A stretch of DNA of 64,000 nt from assembly GCA_039545335.1 (NCBI GenBank), contig BCIN01000006.1, positions 62,001 to 126,000 of the forward strand, given 5' to 3'. Within the stretch, counting starts at the first letter, position 1. Each line of letters begins with the position of its first letter. This document shows, one piece after another, positions 1 to 12,122 of this stretch. Below the pieces are notes generated by a model. That model made no database searches. It was not told where the DNA came from and saw only the letters and a list, made by a program, of their open reading frames with translations. A program made the translations under genes and the position numbers. The stretch comes from Kondoa subrosea (lineage: Eukaryota).

Positions 1-1882
1 ATTGTGGTAGAAGCGGAGGTCAGATAACTTGAATGTCAGGCTGACTCATTGGCGTCAATAGCCAATTGCAGCCGAAAGCCAATGGTCAGACGGATAAGTG
101 CACAACTCGCTAAAGTAGATGCAATGGAAGAGGCCAGAGTGCATAAGATGGACCTGTGATCTGTTTCATGTGATATCAGTAGTATCACTGACATGACAGA
201 ACAAAAGCATACCGAGAAGATCTCGATTGAGAAAAATATTGAACAGAAATAGGCGAGTCGAACGATGGCGAATTATAGAATCCTAAAGGAAAAGAAGAAG
301 TCACCTGCGCCGTAGGTCACAGAAGACATCCAGATCAGTTTTAAAAATGGGCTAGGGGGTATATACTACCACTGTTCAAGTACCAGAAGATACTTGAACA
401 GAGTAGCTTGAATGAGAGCAAATAGAGCTCTTCACTAGAAAGAGTCTGAAAAGCTTGGGTATAAACCTCTCTCTAGCCGGCTGTTCCAGAACTCGTCCGA
501 AAGGACTCGTCCGGGACACTCCAAAGACTAGAGATGACGAATGCTGGGTAATGAGATGATGGGTATGTGAGAACAAGAAGAGAACAAGCAGAACCAGCCG
601 TTTTGTTCTGTCTGAATCAAAACAATGGTTTCGGAACCGGTCTTTTTCCTTAGCGAACTTTTCTTCAATTTTTCTTGAAGGCTGGCAATGAGAAGGCTTG
701 ATGTATTGAGGCACATATAACACACGTGTGCGAAAGTTGCGTCCACGGATACGGAAACAACCGCGAGAGAAAGCTTTGGCGGATTTGGCTGAACCAAAAA
801 TTGTTCAGAGCAGCATGCTCTGGATTGCAAATGATCGCAATCATATTATAGCCTAGGAGTACTCCAGATGACGATAACGACGCGCATGTATATGCGGTTG
901 TCGAGTTGTATGAGTTGAGTCGAGCAGACAGTTCTTTGCAGAGTTGCAGCAACACCAGATTCACAATGAAAGAAGCCGCTGAGAAACAATAATTCAGATG
1001 AAAGACGGACAGGACACTTGAGAGATAGTCTAGCGTCAAAATGGCTTCGACCCAATCGCGTCAAGTGAGCGTATTTCAGTGAAGCCGGTAGGTCTACTGG
1101 CTTGAGTATTGTTGAAGACACATCATGAACCAGGCTCTTGACCAAATCACAGCAGGAAACCTCAGCACAAAGCGATTCGTTCACACATTAGGCCTTGTTG
1201 TGCCTGCATTCTGCCTCGTCTTGCTCTGATTGCGTGTCATAGATATGTCTGAGTGAGTATCAAGGCTTCACGGTACCTGAAAGGCTTCATTGTCAGCTTG
1301 ACTTTCGGCGTTCCGATCCAAGAGAGTATCAGGATCTGTGCTCCGCGGAACAAAGATCTTATCGGGGTGGCCACAGGGCTAGCTTAGGAGGAAAACATGA
1401 CTACATGATCAATACGAGTGTCCTAGTGCTGAAATTTACAAGAAAACGAATGCAAGAGTTAAAGCGCTCAAACTGTCCTTGAGCCGAAGCAACGACACTA
1501 TGCTGGTCGTCTCGTCATTTGCAATTAGACCCATGCATTACCATATCGAGCTTCATTTGAGTGCAGTGGTAGACGAAGTCTGTAGTTGAAAGAGGAAAAA
1601 AATCGCGATACACAGGGTCACCTGCAGGATGAAAGAGTTGAACCGCACAGCTGAAGCACTCAGTCAGTTGATTGATTGAGAGTGTAATGAGTATATCAAA
1701 AATGGATGAACAGGTATATCGAGATCCTGATAGACATGGGAAGATTGAGAGATGAGGTGGTTGAGTAGAAGGTAGGTAATCGTTGAAGCGAAAGTGGTGT
1801 TGCGATAGGTTTTGCGAATAGCTGAATATTCCAGAATGAGAGGTAAGGGAAGCTTGGCGATTGGGAGATGAGAACGACGTTT

Positions 1883-2899
1883 TCAAAGGCTCGCTGATTC
1901 TTGATGAGAAATTATACCTAGGTGTGAGCAATAATCACATCAGAAGGGGAAAAGGAACGAACCTTCCGGATGAGGTTGAGGCGACCAGCTATTGAATTCC
2001 TTCAGCCAATCAGGAACTGGCATTGCTAACTGTTCTGGCGAGAGCTTTGATCTTGCAATTTGTCTATAGAATTTCAGCAAGAAGGCTGATCACCTGTAGC
2101 TGTGAGACATACTGTATGGCAAGAAAGTCTTGCTCAGTAAGGGAAGCAAGCCATTCGTCATCTGGAATCAGATCGAAATCGTCTTCGTCGATCAAGGGTT
2201 GTAAAGAAGAAGGTTGAGCAATCTTGGGAAAGCTGATATGCTGAGCAGAGGATTGAATGGAATGCCACCCTTCTTCAAGTTCATCTGCCCAGGTTGGGCG
2301 AGTCTTCGGCCAAGCATTATCCGGAATATTGCACAGAGCCTCGAGACTGACCGTAACCATCATCATAAATGAGATATTAAAAAAGCATACAGGTACTTAC
2401 ACTACTTGCTGGCATTCCTCGTCATTTGGAATCCATTCTTGGTCCTCAGTACCTGCTTCCAACTGACCATCCTCAACTTTCTCAGAACCAGATGAGCTAC
2501 AGTCTGCTAAATGTGTTGTATCTGAAGCTCTAGAAAGGTCGATTCGCATCTTTGACAGCTGTTCGACTGTTGGAGATACCAGGTCTGAAGGATTTACGAG
2601 GGTACTTGTACTTGGATCCGACGCGATTGCCAATGCAGAATGTCCAGCTTTGCTAGGCGATGATGCTGCTTGAATGACTGTCCGTCAGGATTCAGCTGTG
2701 TCGAGCGGCTTGGCAAAATGGCTGAGTTTACCTTCATCTTCCTCGTCTGAGCGGCTGGTTCTAGCCTGGTCCGATATGAGCTTGATCTGTATTATCAATC
2801 TAGGAGACATTGGCGTACCGACATGTGGTGCATCGCCTGCTCCTGCCGCAACTTCAGCTTGTGTCGAGGGGTAAGCTTGTGCGGGTCCTTGTTTGGCAT
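1883..2899 (-). CDS. Hypothetical acidic protein, multi-exon, with an internal two-fold repeat
   Basis: ATG at 2899 (MPNKDPHKLTPRHKLKLRQEQ). GT-AG introns join ORFs 2397-2633 and 2064-2366 in frame. Repeat units EWIPNDEE...PTWADELEEGW and DLIPDDEW...PDWLKEFNSW. Probable stop TGA at 1883-1885. No recognisable domain. Confidence 0.5.
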
Positions 2900-3337
2900 A
2901 GTGTGCAGCGGAATGAAACGAGGCAAGAGAGCTCCTCCTGAGTGCAAAGGATAGGACAGCTTTCGCAGCAAAAAGAATAGGTTTCAAGGAGTTGAAGACC
3001 TTCGCTGAATGGTGAGAAAGCCGCGAATGCCAGGAATGAGAACAATTGAGGTGATGAGCGCACAAGAATAATGGCCTAGTCGACCAAGGCTGCTTGGACG
3101 CTAAAGAGACTGCAGTCCGCCGTGGTATAGGAGGACCCTAGGCATTCAACTCAAACAAACTTGAAGCTCGAAGCTGTTGCTCCTGACCACATTCGACGCT
3201 TTGCCTGCCACTCATCGCTGAAGCTGCATGCGAGCTCCTGCGCCTTCCAATCCCTCAGTAGGCTTCGCCTGCTCAGTCATTGGCTCAGTATCTCACGTCT
3301 TCAATTTTGTTTCATTCTAGCTCGGAAGCTTGACGCA

Positions 3338-4902
3338 ATGGCTCTATCAGTCTACGATCAGCCATGAGCTTTCACTTTTGATCCTTTAGCTAAAACACCT
3401 ATTACTGAAACGGAAGCGCATTGCATACTTACCAGCAGTCCAAATGCTTTGAAACTGGTACAACTGGCCCAATCTGACCCCGCTGGAGTGCCTTTTATGG
3501 CTCACGTGCTCTTACAAAGAGGCTTTCTTGCCGCTGCTCAGAGAATGTTCAGAAATGCGCGTAAGTCACCCTTAAACGAGATACGCACTTGGGAGGCTGA
3601 ATTCGAGATACAGAGAAACGCCGATTCGCAGTAGATCAGGTTCCGCAAGTCTCTTTCGATCCGTCAATCGCTACGGATCTATTGAAGCATACTAGCGAAG
3701 AACTCGACCAATTCTCGTCAATCTGGGCCAACTTGAACAGACGATTTGTTGCACTACAGTACCTTGTAACCACCCAAATATCTCAGCAGAAAAGAGAACA
3801 ATACACAGCAATGCTTCAAGCTGATTTCGCTAGGATCCGTAACATGCTCAAGAAGCTGAATGACTTTATGGCGGAAGCGAATTGGCTTATTGGAGCAAAT
3901 GATTCCATTCAAGAAGGCTTTATGAATCCATCAGTACCGTTAGAAAGCAGAATTCAAGCCAATGTCCCATATTCTGCTAGTTCTGTTACTCCAAGTGAAT
4001 CGTCATCTGCCGAAAATGCTGCTGTTGCTCGCAGAGCACGCATTAGAGCTTGCTTACCGGCAGCTGGAGCGATCAATGCGTCTCAAGTACAGCGCTGTGA
4101 GCCAATTACCAAGCCTCCTATTTTGCATTTGCTCATTGATCAGACAGATGCAGACGGAACTATTGGTTATCCGCTCAATGTACAGCCATCAAGGGCCAGA
4201 GATAGCTCAAGCGCACCATCAGCTTCAAACGCTTCATCTTCTGCATCCTCTAGCTACTCTACAGCTGTTCAGATAGATCCAAGACAAGTCCCAATTCAGA
4301 ATTACTCGCAGTCTCAACCTTCCTTTGGCGCTCCTGCTCCTTCTACAAATGCGTATGCTGCTGTTCCTTCAACCAAAGCTCCCTCAGCTTCTCGTCCCGC
4401 AACTCAATCCAGTCAACAAGCTCGAGCAGCAGCTGAAAAGCCTTCTAGAAGTCCAACTCGATCTGGACCAAATCATCAGCCTATCGCTTCAAGTCCTCTT
4501 CGCAACGTTTCTTCCGCCCCTGTCTCTCCACGAAGCAAGTCAACTTCTCCTTCTGCTTCTGACCCAACTTTCGGTTTGCCTAATCAAGCTCCTTCTTCCG
4601 TTTCCGTACCTAGCAGCCCAAGCAAAAGCCCAAGCAAAAGACCAAGGCAATCAAGGGAATTTGACGAGGCTGGAAATTCCTTGATTGTTAGCAACGGAAG
4701 AGAAAGCGAACAAGATTCTTTAGAATTCTTCCGCAGTGGCACCCGTCTGCCTGTCAGCAGTATCTTTTCGAATCCTGGCGTTGTTGGAAACGGTGGTGGA
4801 TCAAAGAAGATTAAGATGACAGTAGACGATTTGGAACTGGAAGATGGAGAATGTGAAGATGATGATGAGATCATGTTCACTGGTTACAAAGCCAAAGCGT
4901 AA
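3338..4902 (+). CDS. Hypothetical protein: helical N-terminal part plus long Ser/Pro-rich disordered tail; start uncertain
   Basis: A GTAAGT...ACAG intron near 3561-3613 joins the 3449 ORF to the 406-aa ORF 3682-4902. The upstream ATG at 3338 is in frame but followed by TGA at 3365-3367; the next in-frame ATG is near 3497. Confidence 0.6.
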
Positions 4903-5489
4903 GGTGCATTACTCGAACTAATATTGCCGTTCTTATATTCAATATGATACAGGTCAAATATGCCATCGGTGCCAAGTTGAAGCATGAAAGATGGATAGAT
5001 AGGGGTATTCGGGCATTCAAGTGATCATTTATGTTGTTTCTGTGGGAAGTAAGATACCCTGTACATGGCATGGACTCGACAAGTATGTGAAACATTGGTA
5101 TCTAGCATTTGTGATAGCAGTATATATAGTATCCTACATTTTTGATTTGTATCTGGTTATTACTGAACAAAGCTTAAGGTATCTCTTTGATGATTGCTAT
5201 TGTCCTTTCTTGTGTCTTGACATCCTAACACCATTATTTGCGAAGACCGAACTGCAACATGAGCCATAAGATTACCATTTCTTTCTGTCTATCTGATCTT
5301 GAAGGATACAACTTGGTAAATAATTGAAACAAGCTCTAAGTGAACTGCAGGTAGCTTCAAACCAGCAAAGCATACACAAAGCCTCACCTTATCACTTCAA
5401 GCGAATACCATATTCCTTCAGTAAGCTCAATGTAGCTTATTCCTTCGCTTCGATTCTGCATCGCAAGTCTCTTCGCCTTCTTTCACTAC

Positions 5490-6839
5490 TCAATCATCAA
5501 ACAAGCTCATTCCAGCACCACCAAAATCCAGTTGCGCCAATTCATCTTTTATCGCTTGTCTAGCCAATGCATCCAATTCCTTAATCAGCATATTTGAGAT
5601 CTTCTGCTCTAGATCTATCAGCTCTGACTTGCAGTATCAACAACATATTACTGACCTTTAGCTTTGAATCACTCTTTGAAATGACTTCCACCAAAGCTGG
5701 ACTTAGAGCAGAAGAATTACTACTTGGATGTTGACCAGGTACAGCTAATGAATTTCCAGTTGATAGATTTGCAGAAGGTAAAGAAGTAGAAGAAGGTGAA
5801 GGAGCGTTTGATACAGAGGTGGAAGTGGAAGTCGCTAGTAGAGGTAAAGACAGACCGCCCAAGTATGTAAGGATTTTTGAGTAGATTTCGATGAGGATGT
5901 CGCAGAGCGAGAAGAGGCATTGAAAGTAATCTAGTTCGAAAGGCTGTGAAATAATGAGCAGAGCAAGTGATGAGGCGGAAGCAACTGACTATGTTCGGCC
6001 AGAAGAGAGAAGTCTGATCATCATTGCTATCTCGACCTGGTTCTGAGCCTGGATTACTGTTTCCAGTCGTGCTAGATCTAGCACGACCGCCTTTCGTCGA
6101 TCGAAGCAGTGATTTCTGCACTTTCGAATTAGCTTACAACTACAAAAGATATGTACCGACTGACCATTCTAGGTCTGAGCAAGTTCTCATCCGATAATTG
6201 ATCATACTCTTGACTCGTCAATAGCAACGCCTTGAGGAAATCATGCGGATTGGCAATATCCAACAATGGACCCAAGCTCAATCCTAGAACCATGAATCTA
6301 GTTGCTCTTCTTTGTAAAGCGATACTCGTGAATTGACCATTCATTCCGATTGCTGCTGAAGAAGAAGGAACGGCCATGTTTGGATTAGCTAGAGCAGGTT
6401 GATAGTAGGCTTCCAATTCTTGCTTTGACAATCTGATGGTGTTAAACCAATGTACTTGATCACCTTGATGAACCGCTTTCAGGTAATTCCAGCTCTGCAA
6501 TCTGCGTGATACAGCATTGCGTTGATTGTCGTGAGCTATTTGTAAAGATTGTGAAGGTAGATTAGGTAAAGAGGAAGCATTGCCATTCAAGCTTGACAAT
6601 AAGGCTGGTGTGCTAAGGCCTGATGATTCAAGTAAAGGGGTCCCAGGTAGCGCTTCGTGCGGTACGTCCAGATCAGAAGTAGAAGACATGGTATTACTTC
6701 TATTCAAGGCAGAAGAGAGCAGATTGCTTGATTTCCTTCGCGAAGGTCCACTGGGTCTTGATGATCCATCCATGGCGAAGTGAGATCTACGAGCGCTTGT
6801 AGGTGAAGGTGATGGTGAAAGAGAAGAATCTCTGCTCAT
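5490..6839 (-). CDS. Uncharacterised fungal protein (4 exons)
   Basis: ORF 6129-6839 (SWNYLKAVHQG..HWFNTIRL..RATRFMVLGLSLGPLLD) splices via GTCAG..AG introns to PFELDYFQCLFSLCDILIEIYSKI and KISNMLIKELDALARQAIKDEL, ending at TGA 5490-5492. Confidence 0.75.
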
Positions 6840-7013
6840 GGCGCTTGCAGGTGCGAGCTCAAGAAGTTGGAATGAAAGGCGCGAAGGTGTTTCGAAACAA
6901 CAATGCCAAACTAGCCAACTCTGCAGTCAGCAGCGCCTTCAGCTCTCACTGGGATATCTCAGCTGTTTTGCTGGTTTCCACTCCTACTGACAGCACCGCA
7001 AACGCTTCTAAGT

Positions 7014-7026
7014 GATAAGCCTTATC
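7014..7026. promoter_or_regulatory. Inverted GATAAG pair immediately upstream of the Zn2Cys6 gene
   Basis: gataagccttatc, followed by ggatt (CGG triplet at 7026-7028). Confidence 0.5.
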
Positions 7027-7031
7027 GGATT

Positions 7032-9909
7032 ATGTCTCAAGCTGGTGATATAGCCATCAATGCACTGGACGGATTACCGCATTTTAGAGCAACATCAAAG
7101 CGCTCAGCAGAACCACAAGCAAATGGCAATGGGCCGCGAAAGAAACCTCGAGCAAGACCTACCTTATCATGCTCCGAATGTGTGAGACGGCGACAGAAAT
7201 GCAGTCGTACAGTTCCATGCATCACCTGCGTATCCAGGGGATGTCCGGAGAAGTGTCATATTGACGAGCTGGAGCAGGATCAGCAGCCTCCGAACCCTTT
7301 CATTACCCATGAAGTACATGAAGCTTTGGCGGCAAGAGTTAGGTTACTGGAAGAGCGACTCGACAGTATGAACAGGATACCTGATGCGCAAATAAAGCAA
7401 CAGAACTCTACAGCCGATTTCGATGGGCTGGCCGATCCATTGCTCGCTTCACCTCGAGTCGCTTCCCCAATACGTACTCATACTGAAGCCAGGCTTGAAG
7501 ATAGTCAAGGACGTGAGCAAGCTGCCTTTTCACTGGAATCTCTCGCTTTGGCAGCAGCTGTAGCTACTCCATCCCCAAATCCGGCAGTTGCCCAAAATTC
7601 ATCTTCTCGTCTGCGACCTCTCTCAGCATTTGTACAACGAAGAGAAGCAAATATCAGATCAGCAGAAGTCGAACTGTGCTTGGCGCTCGTTCCAGACTGG
7701 ACTTTCGCGAAAGAGCTAGTACAAGCGTACTTTGATAGAGCAGCTTGGGAGAATCATGTGAGCTTTGTACACTTATTTTCCTTAATTGCATAGCTCATTC
7801 CCATCGCAGGTCATTGAACAAACGACTTTTGAGATTGCCTTCAATCAATTCCAGCACAAAATGCTCGCAGATCCCTCTACAGAAGACATCGATTTCGCTT
7901 GGTTGGCATTATATTTCATGATCCTAGCTTCTGCTCTCTTCTTCTCGCCTACCATGTGGGATCTACGACAACAGCAGAGATCTGAATTAATCAACAGCTG
8001 GCTTTTGGGCGCACATAGAGCTATGGCTTTGAGCAACTATAAAGACGCACCTTCTGTCTCTGCTATTCAAGCTATTCTACTTAGTACGTTCTGCAGGCAA
8101 GTGATTATAGCAAAGCTAAAACAGAAGTAAAATCAGTGCCTCATTTCCTTATGCACTGTGAGCCCGTTGATTGTAATGCAGAACAAGGTTTCCTGCTGAC
8201 AGACTGGATCAGCTGGGCAAATACAAAGATGGGCGATCTGTCTCTCCTCTGGTTTAAGAATGGCACATCTACTGGATCTACACGAAGCAACGCCAAGGCA
8301 CGAGTAGGTTCTTTGATTTCAAAGCATCTATTCGTCTGGTCTCACTTGGTTTCGTAGAATCACTCAAGAAGTAGAGACCGGTCGAAGATTGTACAGCGCT
8401 CTGATTAATGCGGAAATCAACTTCACTGGCAGATGGCTCGGTTTGGGTTTTTCTGAATTCGCTTTTTGTGCATTACTTTTCCATCGCTAAAACTAAATTC
8501 ATAAACTCATTCGCTTTTCTTCCAGCCTCAACTCATAACATACCTATGAATTGCGATAATCTCAACGCACTTCGATCTTTGTCGATGGACATTCCTACAG
8601 TCGCCTCTTTCCAAGTCATTATGGCCCGTATATCGGAAAAAGATGTGGAGTGGAGGCGTACAGGAGGACAAGCTGGCGGAAAGAACGACTATGAGATAGT
8701 TCTCAAGTTCGAGTAAGTTCCGCTACTGCAGCTTTAATTCAGCTTTGATTTTGTCATTGTAACAGCCGGGTCATTGAAAAGCTCAGAGATGACTTACCTC
8801 TTTACTTCCGGTGAAGCCTTTCATCGTGCATGTACAATCGGCAAGCTGATTACAGGACATAGCATTGAGCATTCTGAAGATCTAGCAGTCCAAGCCTTGA
8901 CCAAAGATCGATCTTATCTTATCTGGCAACGGTGTTTGATCCTGATGGCTTTGAACAACAGGCTGATGCGGTCGCATCGACACTGGCTGACAGACGGCTA
9001 CGTAAATATTTCTTGTGGTATATCAACACTGAAGCTGATGGATATATGTAGCGCAACGCAAAGTACTCGTTTTCCACCGACTTATGTCTGAAAGTGAGGC
9101 AGTCCGTGATCTAATGATCACCGTAGCTGAATTCACCTTATTTAAGGCGGCGAAGGCGAATCTGGCGTGTCAACGAGCTCTTCGAAATTCTTTTGGTGCA
9201 GCCGATCTAGTAAGTCAGACTAACGATTGTATATATAGTTGCTGAGACTCTACTCTAGCTTTACCACAGCATCTTATGTTCTTTATCCAGCGCGATTGTT
9301 CTGCTTGTGGACAATTTTGTACGCATCACAACATTGGATGCGCCAGCTTCACCGCAGCTAGATCTACAGCGTTTGGAGGTTCTCGATGTCCTGGCGTCAT
9401 TTCGGCTGCTGCCAACACCTAGCACAATGGCCGATTCCGCTGCGAACGTTTTGATCCGGTTATTAGAGGAAGAGGCGGATCGACGACAGAAGAGGAACAT
9501 CCCATGTCCACCGAACCTGCAAATCCCCGCCTCTGGCGGAACTTTACAAGCAGAGAATAGATCTCTTCTTGAAGTCATTCGGACAATCTTTTCTCATTCT
9601 CAATTTCCTTCCCTCTCAAAAGTATCAGCGCCTTCTGTGTGCTTCGATCATCTACCTACCACGGACAAATCACCGACATTCTATCCCAACCTGTTCACAA
9701 ATCCGGAAATGCCTTCTGGTATTAGTGACGACTTCTTGCAGCAATTTGGAACTGCACAAGACTTTCCCCTCGGTCAGAGCTTCACTTATGGCTCGATGCC
9801 TGATGACGCAGGTCCCGGACTTGATTTTCAAAGTTTGGGTATGCATGTTGTTGCTGCCCCTTGCATGAACGCTGAGCAATTCAACCAAACAGGTTTCGGA
9901 TTCTTTTAA
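7032..9909 (+). CDS. Zn(II)2Cys6 transcription factor with fungal-specific middle homology region
   Basis: CSECVRRRQKCSRTVPCITCVSRGCPEKC matches C-x2-C-x6-C-x5-C-x2-C-x6-C. It is followed by a coiled coil (LAARVRLLEERL), MHR-type exons (ELVQAYFDRAAW; WLALYFMILASAL) and an acidic C-terminus ending 9909. Confidence 0.93.
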
Positions 9910-9980
9910 GGTCACAAAGAATAGGTGTATAACAACGAATTGGAAATGATGTAGGCAGATACAGGATGTAATTATCAAAA

Positions 9981-11850
9981 TTAATGCCCAAACCCATTTA
10001 TCCCATTCGTTCTGCTTGCTTCCTTTTTCGGAACATCACTTGACATCGCTTGTATGGCTGATAGGTGCTTCGTGAAACCAGCCTGCAGGTCATCCCATTT
10101 GGTCTCGTCCTCGTCTTGAAATCCTAAATTAGTAGTGCAAGTCTGCCTAATGAGAGCAGCTTACCTATCAATACACCGCTACGCTGTAGTGACCAATCTG
10201 TCAGGGTCATTTGTACTCCTATATGTAACATAAATCCTGGACAGTAGATGTTAACAGCAACTTTGCATGACTTGAAAGTAAAACTTACCAATCGTGTCTT
10301 CACCGATTCGAATACTTTCCAACGGACTTTCCGTAGCTTGAAGGAAAGTCTCATAAGTCTCGCCATGACTCATCATACCGTTGGTGAATTGCAAGGAGCC
10401 AGGAGCCATGCCATGAAAGTTAGATCCGCGTATAACACCTAAGAGTTCGGTGGACATATTGCGATGATAGTAAGGTGGACTATATTTCTTGCATCAGCTC
10501 AAGTAGGGAGTGGTCAATAAACATTGAGTAAGCGTACCGAAATGTATTGGTACTGGTGCACCATCGCGGTGTAAAGGCGCAGAAGTCGGTCAAGCTCTTG
10601 CCGGGAATTTTGGATTTTGCGGTGAGGACGCAATAGATAGTAGGATCTACTTGCTCCTTGTCCGAAGTACCCAAGTTAACGAACTTCTCCAGGTCATACT
10701 TGTATGGACAATAGCTGTGGATTCAATTGGCACGGTTGGTGCCGCAAGCATGCAGAACTTACTTGCCATGCCAAGCAACGACGTCGAAAGGTGTATGATT
10801 CTGTTTGCAGGAGAAGAAGCGTCCACAAAGCTTGTACACAACTGGAGAAACAGCTCGAGCTGAGTTCGCAGCAGAGAGACGAGTCGAACTTACTTTCCCA
10901 CTCCGTCTCGTCCACATCGAAGCTTGCCAGAGGACTTTCAAAGTCCCTTTGTAATGCCATTCCATTAGTACCAACAGGTCCAAGTTCGCTCAGCTCATAA
11001 TGTTGACCGAAAAGTTCCTGGATATCTGTAAGGCAATCGTGTGAGCATACAATTCTTCGGATCAAGAGCGGAATGACAAAACCAACATCCGCGAACAGGT
11101 CCATCGGGTAGAAGCACTCTGAAGCGAATACCTCTGGGCACAACACAGATTTCGCCTGGCTTGACCATTAGCTTGCCGAGTTCCGTTTGAATGTCCAGTC
11201 GGCCTAGTTGTGGCAAAATGAGCATGTCGCCATCATTACTGCAGAAGGCTCGATTTTGCATCGATGCATTGGCGGTATAGATATGTATTGCTAAACCCTC
11301 ATGTTGCATGGAGTCGCCATTTCCAGCAATAGTCTTGATGCCTTGTACGAAATCAGTCGAGCCTGAATCTTCGGGCAGCAAGAAAGGTTGCCAAGATGTT
11401 TCCGATGCGACAACCGAGACATATGGATTGCAAGTGTTAAAGTTGGATTCGACATCGGCATTGACAGGCATAGCCTTGAGAGGCTTGTGGGCGACAGATG
11501 GTCGAATGCTGCAATAGAGTCAGTGTGAAAGTGGCAAAGTGTAAGAAGCACGAACCGATACATCCAAACATTCTGCATCTCGCTTCGTGAACAGACAAAG
11601 GCAGATCCATTGATTTGTTCAGGATACAGATCATAGGCTAATTTCTGAGGTGTATTTCTAGCCAAAGGTAAAACTCCTGGTCTGCATTTGTAGATTAACG
11701 ACGAATAGCAACCTCTTTCATGACTCACAGAGCTTCAGAAGCGAACCGATTTCCAAATCCAACTTGGTAAGAATACGAGTCTTGAGGTGTGGCAGCAGTT
11801 GCAAACGGTCCAGAAGCGTTTGCGCCAATGAATTTCTTTTGCCCTTTCAT
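9981..11850 (-). CDS. Homogentisate 1,2-dioxygenase-family protein (divergent paralog)
   Basis: Spliced protein has YQVGFGNRFASEAL, LYPEQINGSAF, NDGDMLILPQLG, PFDVVAWHGNY, FRPPYYHRNMSTE and MSHGE. Fe ligands His/Glu/His are present. ATG 11850, TAA 9981-9983. Confidence 0.92.
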
Positions 11851-11954
11851 CTTCAAGCAGTTCTGTCACTGACTGGAGACGACTCTGAGGAGACAACAGG
11901 TCTCTTGGCAACTGAGGAGCATATCGTAAGTCCGAAGCCAACCAAATGATCGAT

Positions 11955-12008
11955 GATAAGATAGGAATTCCGAAATTCAGCCCTATTCGAGGAGCCGCGC
12001 ATGATAAG
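11955..12008. promoter_or_regulatory. GATAAG sites plus CCGAAAT in the bidirectional dioxygenase/permease promoter
   Basis: GATAAG at 11955 and 12003; CCGAAAT at 11970. Confidence 0.55.
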
Positions 12009-12122
12009 GCCTGTATCGGAACTCCTTCAACCTCTCCCCCCCGCGTTGAACCTCTCTTTTCTGTCCTTCTTTCAAACTACTTACTCCCCCTTCCCCAATT
12101 CATCGAGTCATCACGCTTCCAC

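Noticed and set aside
486..516. Hammerhead-ribozyme-like string on the minus strand (CGGACGAGTCC-TTTC-GGACGAGT) with a GTCC/GGAC hairpin
   Set aside because: Invariant core positions are wrong (CGGACGA instead of CUGANGA, GAGT instead of GAAA) and no stems I/III were found. It is better explained as a 9-bp direct repeat.
1..1880. Several 100-140 aa minus-strand ORFs and intron-like segments
   Set aside because: No consistent spliced frame or recognisable domain could be built. A gene may start near 1-350 and run off the window, but it cannot be supported.
9981..11850. Calling the dioxygenase hmgA and the cluster a tyrosine/phenylacetate catabolic cluster
   Set aside because: Substrate-pocket residues differ and the fahA/maiA/hpd partners are absent, while the neighbours point to nitrogen-containing substrates.
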